Assembly (NCBI GenBank): GCA_024679065.1
Contig: JAGIQG010000028.1
Span: forward strand, 14,136,001 to 14,200,000
Origin: Sphyrna mokarran
Lineage: Eukaryota
DNA: 64,000 bases
Direction: 5' to 3'
Made by a program: the position numbers and the translations under genes. Below are positions 14,101 to 27,559 of the stretch, one piece after another (the first letter of the stretch is position 1; each line of letters opens with the position of its first letter). The notes beneath the pieces are model-generated. The model was given only the letters and a program-made list of their open reading frames with translations. It did no database searches and was not told the DNA's origin.

Positions 14101-16880
14101 AGTTCCATAACCACCTCTTCATTCTCATGGATGAAGACAAATGTGAAATATTTGTTTGACACCCTGCCAATGTCCTCTGCCTTCATCCACAGATTTCCCC
14201 TTTGGTCCTTAATGGGCCCAACTCTTTCCTGGATTGATCATGGTTGATCTGATCATGGCCTTAACTCCACTTTCTTGCTTGTTCAGCATAGCCCTTGATT
14301 TCCTTGTAGATCAAACATCTGTATAACTCAGTTTTGAATATATTCAATAACCCAACCATTACTGCTCTCTAAAATAGTGAATTCTAAAAATTAACAGCTC
14401 TCTCAGAGAAGAAACTCCTTTGTATTTCTCTCTTAAAAAAGTGACCCCTTATTTTGAAACTGCACCCCCTAGTTCTAGATTCTTCATGATGAAAAACATC
14501 CTCTCAGCATCTACCTATCAAGTCCTCTCAGAACTACATATGGTTCAATAAAGTCACCTCTCGTTCTTTTAAACTCCAATGATTATAGGCCCAACTTGCC
14601 TCAAAATAATCTATTCATCCCAAATGAACCTTCTCTGAACTGCCCCCAAAGCAACCATATCCCTCCTGTAATAAGGAAACCAAAATTGTATGCAGTACTC
14701 TGGATGTGGTCTCATCAATGCCCTGTACAAATGTAACAAGACCTACCTACTTTTATAATCCATTCACATTGCAATAAAGATCACCATTCAAGTTACTTTC
14801 TTACATGCTGTCGCTGCATTCTAATCTTTTCATGATTCATGTACGAGGACACCCCAATCTTTATGCCATAGCATTCTGAAGTTCCACTTCATTGAAATAA
14901 TATTCTGCTTTTCTATTCTTCCCGTAATAATGGACATCCTTACATTTTCTCACATAATGCTCTATCTGTTAAATTTTCACCTGCTCACCTAACATTTCTT
15001 TTGCTTTATTCATTTATGGGATGTGGGCATTGTTGACTTGGCTGAGATTTATTGTTCATCCCTAATTGTTCTTCAGAAGAGGATGGTGAGCTGCCCTCTT
15101 GAACAGATATAGTCAGTGTTGTATAGGTACTTCCGCAATGCTGTAAGGCAGGGAGTTCCAGGATTTTGATCCAGTGACAGTGAAGGAACAGTAATATATT
15201 TGCAACTCAGGATGCTGTGCGGTTGGAGGGGAACTTCCAAGTGGTTTCCATGCTTCTGCCAGCTTGCCTTTCTAGCTAGCAGTGATTGTGGATTTCAATT
15301 TTACTGACAAAGAAGTCTTGGTGAGTTAGGACATAGGAGCAGAATTAGGCCACTGGGCTCATCAAGTCTGCTCCGCCATTCAATCATGGCTAATATTTTT
15401 CTTATCTCCATTCTCCTGTGTCTTCCCTACAATCCCTGATCTGCTTATTAATCAAGAACCTATCTATCTCTGTCTTAAGGACATTCAATGAACTGGCCTC
15501 CACAGCCTTCTGTAACAAAGAGTTCCTCAGATTCACCACTCTCTGGCTAAAGAAATTTCTATCATCTATGTTTTAAAGGATCATCCCTTTAGCCTGAGGT
15601 TGTGCTCCCTGGTTCTAGTTTTTCCTATTAGTGGAAACATCCTCTCCAGGTCCACTCTATCCAGGCCTTACAGTATCCTGTAAGTTTCAATAAGATCCCC
15701 CCTCATCCTTCTAAACTCCAAAAAGTATGGACCCAGAGTGCTCAACCATTCCTCATACGATAAGCTCTTCATTCCAGGATTCATTCTTGTGAACATCCTC
15801 TAGACTCTTTCCAAAGCCAGCACATCAGATATGGGGCCCAAAACTGCTCACAAAACTCCAAATAGGATCTGAGCGGAGCCTTATACAGCCTCAGAAGTAC
15901 ATCCGTGTTCCTGAATTCTAGCCCTCTCAACATGAATGCCAACATTGGATTTGCCTTTCTAACTGCCGAGTGAACCTGTAGGTTAACCTTAAGACAGTCT
16001 TGAACAATGACTTCCAAGTCCCTTTGTATTTCTGATTTCCTAAGCATTTTCCCATTTAGAAAATAGTCTATAGCTTGATTCCTCCACCCAAAGTGTATAA
16101 CCTCACACTTTTCCACATTGTACTGCATCTGCCACTACTTTGCCCACTCTCTTAACTGTCCAAGTCCTTCAGCAGCCCCCCTGCTTCTTCAATATTATCT
16201 GTCCCTCTATATATCTTTGTATTATCTGCAAACTTATCTACAGTGCCTTTAGTTCCTTCCTCCAAATCGTTAATGTATATTGTGAAAAATTATGGTCCCA
16301 GCACTGACACCTGAGGCACACCAATAGTAACTGGCTGTCATCCTGAGAAAGACCCTTTTATCCCTACTCTCTGCCTTCTGCCAATCCTCTATCGATGCCA
16401 GGATCTTACTCTTAACACCATGGGTACTTAACTTATTTAACAATCTCCTATGCAGGACCTTGGCAAAGGCCTTCTGGAAATCTAAATAAATCACATTCAC
16501 TGGTTCTCCTTTATCTAACTTCCTTGTTACCTGCTCAAAGGACTCCAACAAATTTGTCAGACATGACCTTCCTTTGACAAAGCCGTGCTGAATCAGTCCT
16601 TCTTTATCATGCACTTCTAAGAACTCTGTAATCTCATCTTTAACAATGAACTCTAAAATCTTGCTAATGTCCAAGTTCAGGCTATAATTTCCTGTCTGCT
16701 GCCTCCCTTCCTTCCTAACAGTGGTATTACATTTGCAGTCTCCAGTCCTCTGGTGCCAGCAATGTACCTGCAATGTATCTTGTAGATGGTACCTATTGTT
16801 GCCACTGTGTATTGGTAAGGGAGGAAGTGAATGCTTATGCATGGGGTGTCATCAAGTGAGATATTGTTGAGCTTCTTGAG
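11170..16880 (-). mobile_element. Tandem/nested cluster of CR1 and other LINE fragments, all antisense
   Basis: ORFs 11640-11840, 11865-12113, 12912-13187, 13983-14186, 15781-16128 and 16270-16842 (QHGFVKGRSCLTNLLESFE...IYLDFQKAF) are CR1 ORF2 pieces; several 3' tails. Confidence 0.9.
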
Positions 16881-16964
16881 TATTTTTATTCTGGAATCGT
16901 AATTCAGGTCAGAAACCAATTTTTGTTTTTTGAAGCCTGCCTGGATCATAAGTAATGCAGTTTA

Positions 16965-17735
16965 AATATGACTAGGATAAGCATGATATGTTGCACCTCA
17001 GGTATGATTTAACTGACTCACTAGGGAGTTTTTTATCAAATAAAGTTTATTTAAGAATATAGTTAATATGTATGAAAGAAAATTATCAATAACTTTTACT
17101 AATTATAAACAAGAGAAAAGACAATCATGATACAGTATAACCCTTCGTAAATATGTCTAAAATATTCCAATCAAACAACATTACCAATAGACAAAGGAAT
17201 GCTTTCCACTGGTTTACACAGCAAACATTAATGCTCATGTGATACTGAGACTGAGTCCTTTGGATGAATGCTGCAGTTCTCTTTAGGCACGCACAGACAG
17301 GTTTGGAGTCAGAACAGCTTTCCAGAGAGACTCTGGTTGAGCCACCAACAGCAGATTCTCTACTCCAGGAAGCCAAGAAGCCTTGCTTTCAGCTAATTAG
17401 CAGAATTTCCAAAAACCACAGAGAGAAACATTTATTTTCAGCTTGATGTCACTTCTAAATTAATACTGCAGCCAGCCAAAACAGAAAATGAAACCTTAAA
17501 TTCACCAGGAAGAAACAAAACTGTCCAGAACATATGACCTGCCAACTAGTTTTTCTTCTAACAATGCAGGGTCATAAAACAAATCACAGAGTAAAACTAA
17601 ATAACCCTATTTAAGTCATTGAAGTAGCAATGAAAGGATTTCTACAGACAGCCTAGCAACAAGAGAACTGAAGCTGTTAGAGAAGCAGAGAACATGTTTT
17701 TTTAAAAAATCTCTTAAAGGTACTCTAATGTCACA
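16965..17735 (-). mobile_element. Solo LTR inserted into a LINE
   Basis: Minus strand begins TGTGACATT at 17735, has AATAAA (plus tttatt ~17046) near its 3' end; LINE sequence resumes on both sides. Confidence 0.55.
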
Positions 17736-18854
17736 TACTCATCCAGGCAAAGAGGGACTATTACATCATACTGCTGACTTGTGCCTCTTAAGTGGTAGAC
17801 AAGCTTTGGGGAGTAAGAAGGTGAATTACTTGCCACAGGATTCCCACTTCTGACCAACTCTTGTAGCCATAATATTTATATGGCTAGTTCAGTTCAGTTC
17901 AGTTTCTGGTCAATGGTTACTCCAACAATGTTGATAGTGGGGACTTCAGCAATGGTAACGCTACTGAATGTCAAAGGTCAGTGTTTAGATTCTCTCTTGG
18001 AGATAATCTTGTCTGGCCCTTGTGTGGTGTGAATGTTATGAACATTATGCAATCATTAGTGAACACTTCTACTTCAGAAATGATGATGGAAGGGTGATCA
18101 TTGATGAAGCAGCTTAAGTTAGTTTAGCCTAGGACACAACCCTATTCTAGTTTCCTAATGAAATCTATATTCCTTTGCAAACTTTGTGTCCTAACAGTTT
18201 GTTTTCCTACCCATCTTTTTATCTTCAGCAAGTTTGGCTACAATCCACTCAGCCCTTTCATCAAAGTAATTAATATATGCTGTAAGTGAGATTTATTCTG
18301 ACTTTGTTTCCTGTTAGCCAATTTTGCATCTATGTTCATATACCATTCCCAACACTATGTGCTCTTGTGTAGTAAACTTTTACATGGCACTTTATCAAAT
18401 ACCTTTTGGAAATCTAAGCATACTGATTCCTCTTTTTCCACACTGTTTATTGCATTCTCAAAAAACTCTAATAAATTTGTCAAATACAATTTTCTTTTAC
18501 CTAAATCTGTTTGATTGTATTATGATTTTCTAAATATCCTGTTTCTTTCTTAATAATACATTCCAGTATTTTTCCAGTGATGATTGCTAGGTTTTTGCTT
18601 TCTGAATATCTCTTTTTAAAGATGTGTTGCATTTGCAGTTTTCCAATCTGCTGGAACAACACCAGAATATAGAGAATTTTGAAGATTAGAACCAATGCAT
18701 CCATTCTCTTTGAAACCACTTATTTTAAGACTCTAGGGTATAGGTCATTAGGTCCTTGCATTAGCCCATTAGCCCTTAGTCTAAGGCTCCAAGAGCTGTA
18801 AATGAATTCTGAATTTCAGTCTCCAGCAGTTATAACTCTCGCATTAATTAACAT

Positions 18855-19790
18855 ATGTCCAAGACTGCAAGAAACTATAAAGTGCCACAAATGAAGCTGT
18901 CTATCATGCAAACCAGTCTCCCATCCATTGATTCTGTCTACATTCCTGCTATCTCGGAAAAACAGCCAGCAAAATTAAGGACCCCATGTACTCTGGACAT
19001 TTTCTCTTCCACCTTTTTCCATCAGCAAAAAGATACAAAAGTCTGAGGTCACATACAACCAACTCAAGAACAACTTCTTCCCTGCTGCCATCAGACTTTT
19101 GAATAGACCTACCTTGCATTAAGTTGATCTTTCTCTACACTCTAGCTATGGCCTTAACACTACATTCTGCACTCTCTCTTTGTCTATATAGCATGCAAGA
19201 AACAATTCTTTCACTGCCTATTAATACATGTGAGAATGATGTATTCATGTATTATGTCTCATGCATAATGTAGAATTGACTAACAGACAACAAAGTTTCA
19301 TATGGTGAAAAATATTGTTTCCTGTATGATATACAGATAAAGCATATCATTCATAGAGAAGAAAATGAGAGAGTGCTATGGTGTTACCATCGTAGCTAGG
19401 GTGTAAAGAAAGATCAACTTAATGCAAGGTAGATCCATTCAAAAGTATGATGGCAGCAGGGAAGAAGCTGTTCTTGAGTCAGTTGGTAAATGACATCAGG
19501 CTTTTGTGTCTTTTTCCCAATGGAAGAAGATGGAAGAGAGTATATCTGGGGTGCATGAGGTCCTTAATTATGCTGCTGCTTTTCCAAGGAAAATGTAGGA
19601 AATATAGACAGAGTCAATAGATTGGGGAGGCTGGTGTATATGATGGACATGGCTTCATTCACAACTTTTTGTAGTTCCTTGCAGTTTTGGGAAGAGCAGG
19701 AGTCACACCAAACTATAATACAACCAGAAAGAATGTTTTCTATGGTGCATTTGTAAGAATTGGTGAGAGGTGTGCTAATGTGCCAAATTT
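18855..19790. mobile_element. Two Rex1/Babar-like LINE 3' ends in tail-to-tail inverted orientation
   Basis: 18855-19220 (+) and 19290-19790 (-) are reverse complements (aagaacaacttcttccctgctgccatcagacttttgaat vs attcaaaagtatgatggcagcagggaagaagctgttcttg); ORF 19564-19794 YKCTIENILSGCIIVW is Rex1-type RT C-terminus. Confidence 0.75.
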
Positions 19791-22700
19791 CCAATGATCT
19801 GAACCCTCTCTATCTCTAACATTCTTGAACCTGAGAATTCAACGTTCCTTCAACTCTGGTCTTCTCATCCTCCATTTCACTCCACAGCTGTGCTCCACAG
19901 CAGCTGTGCTTTGAGCCATTTAAGCCCTTAACGCTGTTATTTCCTCACCCAAATTTCCTCTTTGTCCTTTGCCTTTCACTCCTCCTTTGATGCATTGCTT
20001 AAAGCCTACTTCATTCATCAAACATTTGGTCACCTGTCTAAAGTTGTTTTTGGCTTGGCCTTAGTTCCAGCCTAAACTTTTCCCATGAAGCACCTTGGAA
20101 TATTTACTATGTTAAGATTGCTATATAAATGCAGGCTGTTATTAACTGTTGTCAAAGGTTCAGTACTGGTACTGTACAATAGCCATTAAGACTATTATCC
20201 AACAGATTTTCCTGCAATCAACAAGCATTCAATTAGGTGGTTACCTTCAAGGGAATGGGATGAAAAGAATAGTAGAAAGAAATGACAAAAAATGTAATTT
20301 AAGTGTTCAAAGACGGGAAATGGCGTTAATATGAGTAATCTTGTACTGTGTAGAATAGAAGGGAAATTGGTTACTTTTTTTAAAATAACCTTGAAAAAAA
20401 GCGTTTCTAATACTTTTGAAATATTGCCTGCATAGATTGATCACAAGGGATAATATTTGTTCGGCTTGTGCCAGTTGGAATGTATTCTGATACGTGATTC
20501 TGCATTGGGAAAAAGGGAAAAGGACAGACCAGGAAGAAAAGGTTATATCATGATGATTTGTGGTGCAATGTTATGATCCGTTGCTACGGTGACAGGAAGG
20601 ATGAGGGCAGGCAAGAACAGTGAAACTAGCCTGGCACCGTTTCCAAGAGTACTGCTGAAAAACAGATGTTCAACATAATTTCTTTTCTCTTTCTGGGACT
20701 GGAGAAACAGTTCACTGAATCCAAAAAACGAATTTGTTATGGTTACAGTTTGGGAAATTTTTCCCTGTCTACACTTGGCATTTTCAAATGGACCACATGT
20801 AATATTTCAGATCCACTATTACTTTGATTTCAGTCCAGGTGGAAAACACATGCATCAACTGTTCTGAGCACACTGGGCACAACTGGAAAATACATATAAA
20901 TGGGCAGTATACCTTACATTAGTCATGCTGGTATTAAAAGAGACAACAGCATTACTGTTGTTAATTTAGAAGTAGCAAGTCCTTTAACATCTCAACTCGG
21001 ACTGTTTTCTGCACTTGCATTTAATGAGCTTGTATTTATTTCAGTGGCTTTGAGATATTTAACTTGTTGCATGATTACCTTTACCTTGCATTGCTCTGGT
21101 GACTTAAGCAGTGAAAAATACATATAATTTAGTTTGTGTAAAGAAAACTAAAAACTTATTCTTGATCGCCAACATACATAACTCCTAAATAGAACACTGT
21201 GTGACTGAAACTCAAAGCTTCTGTCAATCTGATCCAGTTAGAACTCCACAACAGGGGATATAAAACTGAATCCCAAGCCTGTTAGTTACTCAGTTCCACT
21301 TGCATCTGATGTGTGAGTCTCAGCAGACACTGGCTAAGCCACTAAATAAAGTACCATGTGGTTTTGTTTGCAATATGTTTCCATCCAGTGGCTGGAGTTG
21401 CAGAGACATCTGCATTCCAGATCTTTTCATCATTACTTCTGATGACAGATGCACAGACTAACCAAACTGAAAATGTTGAGTATAACCAATATCTTTTAAA
21501 ACTGCTTCTCAGTGCTTAGCATTGTGGCTCAGCAGCCATGGCTATGTGCACTCACCTCTGAGTGTGAAGATCATGATTTCAAACTTCACTCAGGCATTTT
21601 GAACGCATTGACTAGACTAACACTTCAGTACAAGGGAGTGCTTTAAGATGCCATCTTTCAGATCAGGCCTTCTCAGGTGGATGTAGAATACTCAATTGCA
21701 TTAGTTTAAAGGTAATCACATGACAGGCCAATATTTATCCCTCAACAAATTTGATAAGAAAGATTATCTGGTCATTTATCATGTTGCAGTGTGCAAATTG
21801 GCTGCTGATTTCCTAATTTTCCACTTCAAAAATAATTAATTGAAACATTCTGACGTCATGAAAAGCACAATGCAGGCATGCAAGTTTTTTTCATAAAGCA
21901 AGTGCTTTAGGAGCTTTATGCAAGTGCATAAAGGAGTGGAGGTACTCTGTTACAGTATCAAGGCAGATATGGATGGATGCTTAAGTTGCTTTAAGGCATT
22001 TCTACGTTCTGAGCTGATGCACCAACTGTGCTCCACTTCATCTTTTTTTTGCACTTGGTGCTTCTAGAGCACAGTGCAATCTCTGCTATATCATCTGTTG
22101 GTATGGTTGGATTCTGAAACATGATGGGTCCATCCCTCCAGTTTCTTTTCGCAAACACCATATTTTCTCTTTCAATATTCTTTTTACTTTTTTTTGATGA
22201 AATCAGGGTTGGGAATAGATTTCTAACTCATTGTCCTGGCAAGAAAGCAACCAGGCACAGTGCCTGGGGGGAAACCAAACACTGGGAGAAAAACATATTT
22301 TTTATATTGAGTTGAGGGTAATATTCCTTTGCTTAATTGTTACTGTTTAAAAATACCACTTACAAAGTCATACTTCAGAGACATGATGGGTGGGATTTTA
22401 TGACCTTGCTTGGGTGAAACCAGAAATTCCTGCCCAAGATCCATGGAGGTTTCCATTGTCAGACCTTCGCCTGCATCAATTCCACAGTACATGAGGTGGT
22501 AGAGTTCCAGCTGTGAAATCAGAGCTGGGGCAAGCAAAAATAATTGTAAATGAGAATATCAAAATTACATTTTACGTGCACTCATATGTAGAACAAACAT
22601 TATTAGCCCCCAATTTTCTTTGGCTTTACTTCAACACTTTCCTATTGCATTTTTATTACATTCATTACATTCCATATGCCATGGCACTGCTTATTCCTGG

Positions 22701-22924
22701 AAAGAACAGCACTAGCAAGCACCCCCAAAAATTAGGCACAATCACATATCTTTAATGGGCAGCAATAGAATTAATTAAACAATGATAGATCAAACTTAAG
22801 TACACAAAGTGAACTGGGGTCTTCAGAAAAAGATAAATATTGTTGTTATGCTGTCACTAGAGTAAATAGTAGTTCTCTTTGTGATTACAATTACCATCAA
22901 TTACCATGTATTTCTTCCAACTTA

Positions 22925-23210
22925 GGGGCAGTATGGTGGCACAGTGGTTAACACTGCTGCCCCATAGTGCCAGGGAGTCAGGTTCGATTCTTGGCCTTGA
23001 GTTACTGTCTGTATTTAGTTTTAATGTTCTCACCACATCTGCATAGGTTTCTTCTGGGTTCTCCAGTTTCCTCCCACAGTTCAACGATGTGCATGTTAGA
23101 TTGATCGGCTATGCTAAATTGTTCTTTAGTGTTCAAAAAATGTGTAAGTTAGGGGAGTTAGCACGGTAAATATGTGTGGGGATATGGAGATAGGGCCTGG
23201 GTAAGATGCC
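22925..23210 (+). mobile_element. HE1-like tRNA-derived SINE (V-domain)
   Basis: A/B boxes tggcacagtgg / ggttcgattc, followed by ctccagtttcctcccacagt core. Confidence 0.85.
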
Positions 23211-23289
23211 CTATCTCCATATCCAATTCACTTTTCCACTTATCTTCATGTCATCAGCAAACTTTGTTACCTTACACTTAGCCCTCTCC

Positions 23290-24130
23290 TTGGAGGGGAA
23301 CTTGCAGGTAGTGGTGTTCCCATGTATCTGCTGCCTTTGTCCTTCCAGATGGAAGTGATTAACGGTTTGGAAGATGCTGTCCAAGGATCTTTGATGAATT
23401 GGTGCAGTGCATTTTGCAGACATTGCACACAGCTGCTGCTATTGAGCATCGATGGTGGAGGGATTGAATGTTTGTAGAAGTAGTGCCAATAAAGTGGGCT
23501 GCTTTGTCATGGATGGTGTCAAGCTCTTTGAATATTGTTGGAGCTATATCCATCCAGGCAAGTGGGGAGTATTCTATCACACTCCTGACTTGTGCCTTGT
23601 AAATGGTAGGTAGGCTTTGGAGAGTCAGGAGGTGAGTCACTTGCCATAGTATTCTTAGCCTCTGACCTGCTTTCGTAGCCACTGTTTTTATGTGGTGAAT
23701 CCCGTTGAGCTTTTGGTCAATGATAACCCCAAGGATGTTGATGAGGGATTCAGTGATGGTTACAGTGTTGAATGTCAAGAGGCGGAGGTTAGAGTATCTC
23801 TTCTTGGTGATGGTCATAGCTTGACATTTGTGTCACATGAATGTTACTTGCAATTTGTCAGACCAAGCCTGAATATTCTCCAGGTCTTGTTGCATTTGAA
23901 CATAGACTGCTTCAATATCTGAGGAGTCGCATTGTGACTGTTTTGAACATTGTGCAATCATCAGCAAACATCTCCATTTCTAACTTATGACAGAGGGAAG
24001 GTCAAAGATGAAGCAGTTGAAGATTGTTGGGCCTAGGTCACTATCCTGAGGGACTCCTGCAAGGTGGAACTGAGATAATTGACCGTTCACAACCACAACC
24101 ATCTTCCTATCTACCAGATATAACTCTTCA
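23290..24130 (-). mobile_element. Non-LTR retrotransposon RT C-terminal fragment
   Basis: ORF 23359-23817 LGVIIDQKL...IYKAQVRSVIEYSPLAW. Confidence 0.85.
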
Positions 24131-24149
24131 ACTCACACGCATCTGTTAT

Positions 24150-24450
24150 TTAGCACGGCACAGTGGTTAGCACTGCTGCCTCACAGTGCCAGGGAGCCGG
24201 GTTCAATTCCTGGCTTCAATCGCTGTCTGTGTGGAGTTTGCACATTCTCCCCGTGTCCGTGGGGGCTTCCTCTGGGTGCTTCAGTTTCCTTCCAGAGTCG
24301 GAAAGACATGCTGGTTAGATGCATTGGCCATGCTAAGTTCTCCCTTAGTATTCCTGAACAGGCGCTAGACTGTGGCGACTAGGGATCTTCACGGTTACTT
24401 CATTGCAGTGTTAATGTAAGCCTACTTATGACTAATAAGTAAACTTAAAA
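24150..24450 (+). mobile_element. V-type tRNA-derived SINE
   Basis: cacggcacagtggttagcactgctgcctcacag...gggttcaattcc head; tail acttcattgcagtgttaatgtaagcctac. Confidence 0.85.
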
Positions 24451-24719
24451 AATTTTTAAAACCTAAATACATTTCCAACTTTTCCTACGTCTGAAAAACT
24501 AACTTTGTTTATTTCTCTATTGTTCCCTGACTGCCAAGAATTTCCAGCATTTTCTGTTTTAATTGTTTTTACATAGCATCTTTAACATAGTAAAATGTCC
24601 CAAGGCACTTCACAGTAGCTAATCAAACAAGATTTGACAAAACAGTCTGTAACATAATTCATTTGTTGAATTAATTGTGGCTCACTCTATACGAAAGAAT
24701 GAACAGTTGAGTTAAGCTA

Positions 24720-25190
24720 TATTTGAGTTGATTTATTGTTGTCACATATTGGGATACAGTGATAAATATTGTTTCTTCCATCTATACACAGACAAAAGAT
24801 ACTGTTCATACAGTACATAGGGGAGAAGGAAAGGAGAGAGGTGGTGGTACAGTAATGCTAGGATGTAGAGAAAGATCAGCTTAATACATGATAAGTCCAT
24901 TCAAAAGTCTGATAGTAGCAGGGAAAGAACTGTTCTAAAGTTGGTTAGTATGTGATTTCAGACTTCTGTATTTTCTTTTCAATGGAAGAGGTGGAAGAGA
25001 GTCTGTCCGGGTGCATGGGTCCTTGATTATGCTGGCTGCTTTTCCAAGGCAGTAGGAAATGTAGACAGAGTCAATGGATGGAAGGCTGATTTATGTGATG
25101 GACTGGGTTAGAATCACAACTCTTTGTAGTTGCTTGTGGTCTTGATCAGAGCATACCACACTGTGGTCACCTGGAAAGGATGCTTTCTAC
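24720..25190 (-). mobile_element. Rex1/Babar-like LINE 3' end
   Basis: Same family as 19290-19790 and 44165-44700. Confidence 0.75.
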
Positions 25191-25784
25191 GATGATACTC
25201 TATTGTGATATGGCGTTACCCAAGACAAATCATTAAAGCAGTAGGGAATTATAAGTCCCACATTGTGGCATTATCTAAGAAAATTCAGGATCTTTTTCTA
25301 AAAGTATAGTTTGTATGGAGATCATAGAATCCCTTCAGTGCAGAAGGAGACCAATCAGTCTAACAGGCTTGCACCAAGGTGTTATCCTTGGAGAAAGTTA
25401 GAGACTTTTGTGAATATAGGCGAAGGGGCAAGATTAGAAGAAGACGTGGAGTTTGTGAGAGTGAAAGAGAAGATCCTAAGGATGTTGCGATTAATAAGAT
25501 GCTAAAACTTAGGTTCCTTTGTACCTGAAAGAAAGAAGAATGTCTTTTTGTTAAAATGACAAAGGATAAAACGAAACTGCAGATCAGGACTGCTTTGAAA
25601 TAGAGTGAGTTGGTGATGCTGAAGAGAGAGGTACAGAGAATATATCTCTGTATATGACAGTCCTGTTTGTGAATCTTGTGAAGGAGTTAAGAGTGGGCTG
25701 TTGAGGATTGGAGGCTAAGAGGTTGAAAGCTGTGAAGGCAAGATCTTCAGAAAAAAATAAAGGACAGTGGCAGTTCTGGAGACA

Positions 25785-25892
25785 CAGTACGAAGTCTGAC
25801 AACATCAGGTTTAAGTCCAACCGATTTATTTGATAGGACTTAAACCTGGTGTTGTCAGACTTCCTACTGTGTTTACCCCAGTCCAACGCCGG
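25785..25892. repeat. Short palindromic Penelope-type non-autonomous element (internally deleted relative of 47472-47791)
   Basis: aagtctgacaacatcaggtttaagtcc...ggacttaaacctggtgttgtcagactt hairpin plus tgtttaccccagtccaacg end. Confidence 0.7.
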
Positions 25893-26149
25893 ATAGCACG
25901 TGGCACTGACTGCTTTTTTCTTGTGATATGTGACAATAGTTTGAGAAATACTGAATGTCTAGGAAATCCTGTAGATCAAACACAAGTGGCTCTTTATTCG
26001 TAGTTGGTCATGCAGTTATTTGCTGGCTTGACCACTAGATGGAATGGTTCTGTAAACCAAAAAACTGACCACATTTAGGTCAGTGACAAGAACTTTACTC
26101 CCAGTGTGACCTCTAACTTCATGGTATATATAACTTATTGATTTGGACC

Positions 26150-26910
26150 TTCTTGATATGTTGTTTCAATAATTCCTCCTACCCAAATGTGAACAACTTG
26201 CCTAATACATGTAACAAAGAGTTAATGACACTAATATTTTTCAAATAAAGCATGTCCCTTCATGTAGCAAAAATATTGTAGGATTTAAAAAGGGTAATAT
26301 GGGAAATATCCCAAAAAATTATGAACAATGTTTAACAAGTTATGGAATAAAATCCCCAACAATAAAACATTTCAGATATTATAGTGTAAAATGTGCACGT
26401 ACAATGATGTACATCAATTAATACAACATTGTCAAGGACAAATTATTGGAAACAGTGAAATTGTTTGAGGAAAACAATGATATAGATTGAAAAAATGGAA
26501 ATAAATGGGACTACAGTTGTACACTGTTTACAATAGAACACAAAGATATTACTTTACTAATGTAAAGCGATGACTGTTACTAGAACTAAGATACTTTTGA
26601 CAAATCAGCATCACTTCTAATTTGTGAAAATGGATATTTATAAGCAATTCATAAGTAATTCATCAGGGTATACAGTATGTAACATTGGGAGCACTGTTGT
26701 GAAATCAGCATGATATCCAAGCTTGAAAATTTTCCTAAAGGGCTTCAGCCACCTGATGCTACAAGACCTTTGGTGTCTCACAAGAGGTATGCAACTGCTA
26801 TTAGTACCTTGCACCAAGAATGTAAAGTTTGATGCAACCAAAAATGAATTCTGATATGCCTGATACTCCACATCTGATGGCAGGCACTTGAAAATGCCAT
26901 GTTTTTTTAC
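26150..26910 (+). pseudogene. Endogenous bornavirus-like glycoprotein fragment (class III fusion protein-like ectodomain), decayed
   Basis: Frameshift-joined translation: LPKCEQL..NDTNIFQIKHVPSCSKNIVGFKKGNMGNIPKNYEQCLTSY / CTYNDVHQLIQHCQG / NKWDYSCTLFTIEHKDITLL..SLLICENGYL / PLVSHKRYATAISTLHQECKVxCNQK..WQALENAMFF. Cys-rich with N-glycosylation sequons; layout resembles borna/rhabdo G. Manual inference only. Confidence 0.55.
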
Positions 26911-27559
26911 TACAGGTTTTTTTTACTACAGACCCAATTCTACCAAAGCCAGAACAGGGATGCTGTTGGCAATAATCTGATTCACAAACTAGTCACCTAG
27001 CCAACTGAGCTAACTGCAATCCTCTATCATCACTCATCCCATGCCTGATTCAGATCATCCAAGAAGGTATTCAAAGGTGAGCTGAAACTTGGTACATGTA
27101 AGAACTCGTGCTGGTCAGTTCAAAAGATATAAAGATTGCCTAAAGATTAATCATAAAGGATTGCAAATGGCATTTAACAGTCAACATTTCAGGTCAATGG
27201 TTTTTCATCAGAGCAATAAAATCTGTTTCTTGCTTCAAGTTGTTGCCAGATTTTGGTTTAATATCTCATCAGAAAAGCAACTCTTCCAACAATGCAGTAT
27301 TCCCTCAAGATTGCATGCAAGTGTCAACATAAATTATGCGTTCAAGTCATTGAGTGAGTTTGAACCAACAATCTTTTAATCCAGGCAAAAGTTCTGCCAC
27401 TAACCCAAGGCTGACATTTAATTCCCCATCAATTCTTTCAAATCACAATAACTACTTAAAATAAAATTGGTTAAGATATGGTTATGTGGATCAATTGTTA
27501 GTGCTTATACATACGCAAGTTAAATACTTGCTGCATACTTAAATCATGCATTTCCATTC

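Noticed and set aside
16270-16842. Longest ORF (190 aa) as a host gene
   Set aside because: It is a frameshifted CR1 reverse-transcriptase fragment fused to antisense LINE sequence.
22925-23000. tRNA genes at SINE heads (also 24150, 59245)
   Set aside because: A/B boxes continue into SINE cores; no full cloverleaf.
25500-25516. AAAA-CTT-AGG paramyxovirus-like gene junction
   Set aside because: Short, single occurrence, no proper gene-end motif, and neighbouring proteins look bornaviral.
26638-26871. Minus-strand 77-aa ORF as a host exon
   Set aside because: No splice support; the opposite strand gives the more coherent Cys-rich glycoprotein-like reading.
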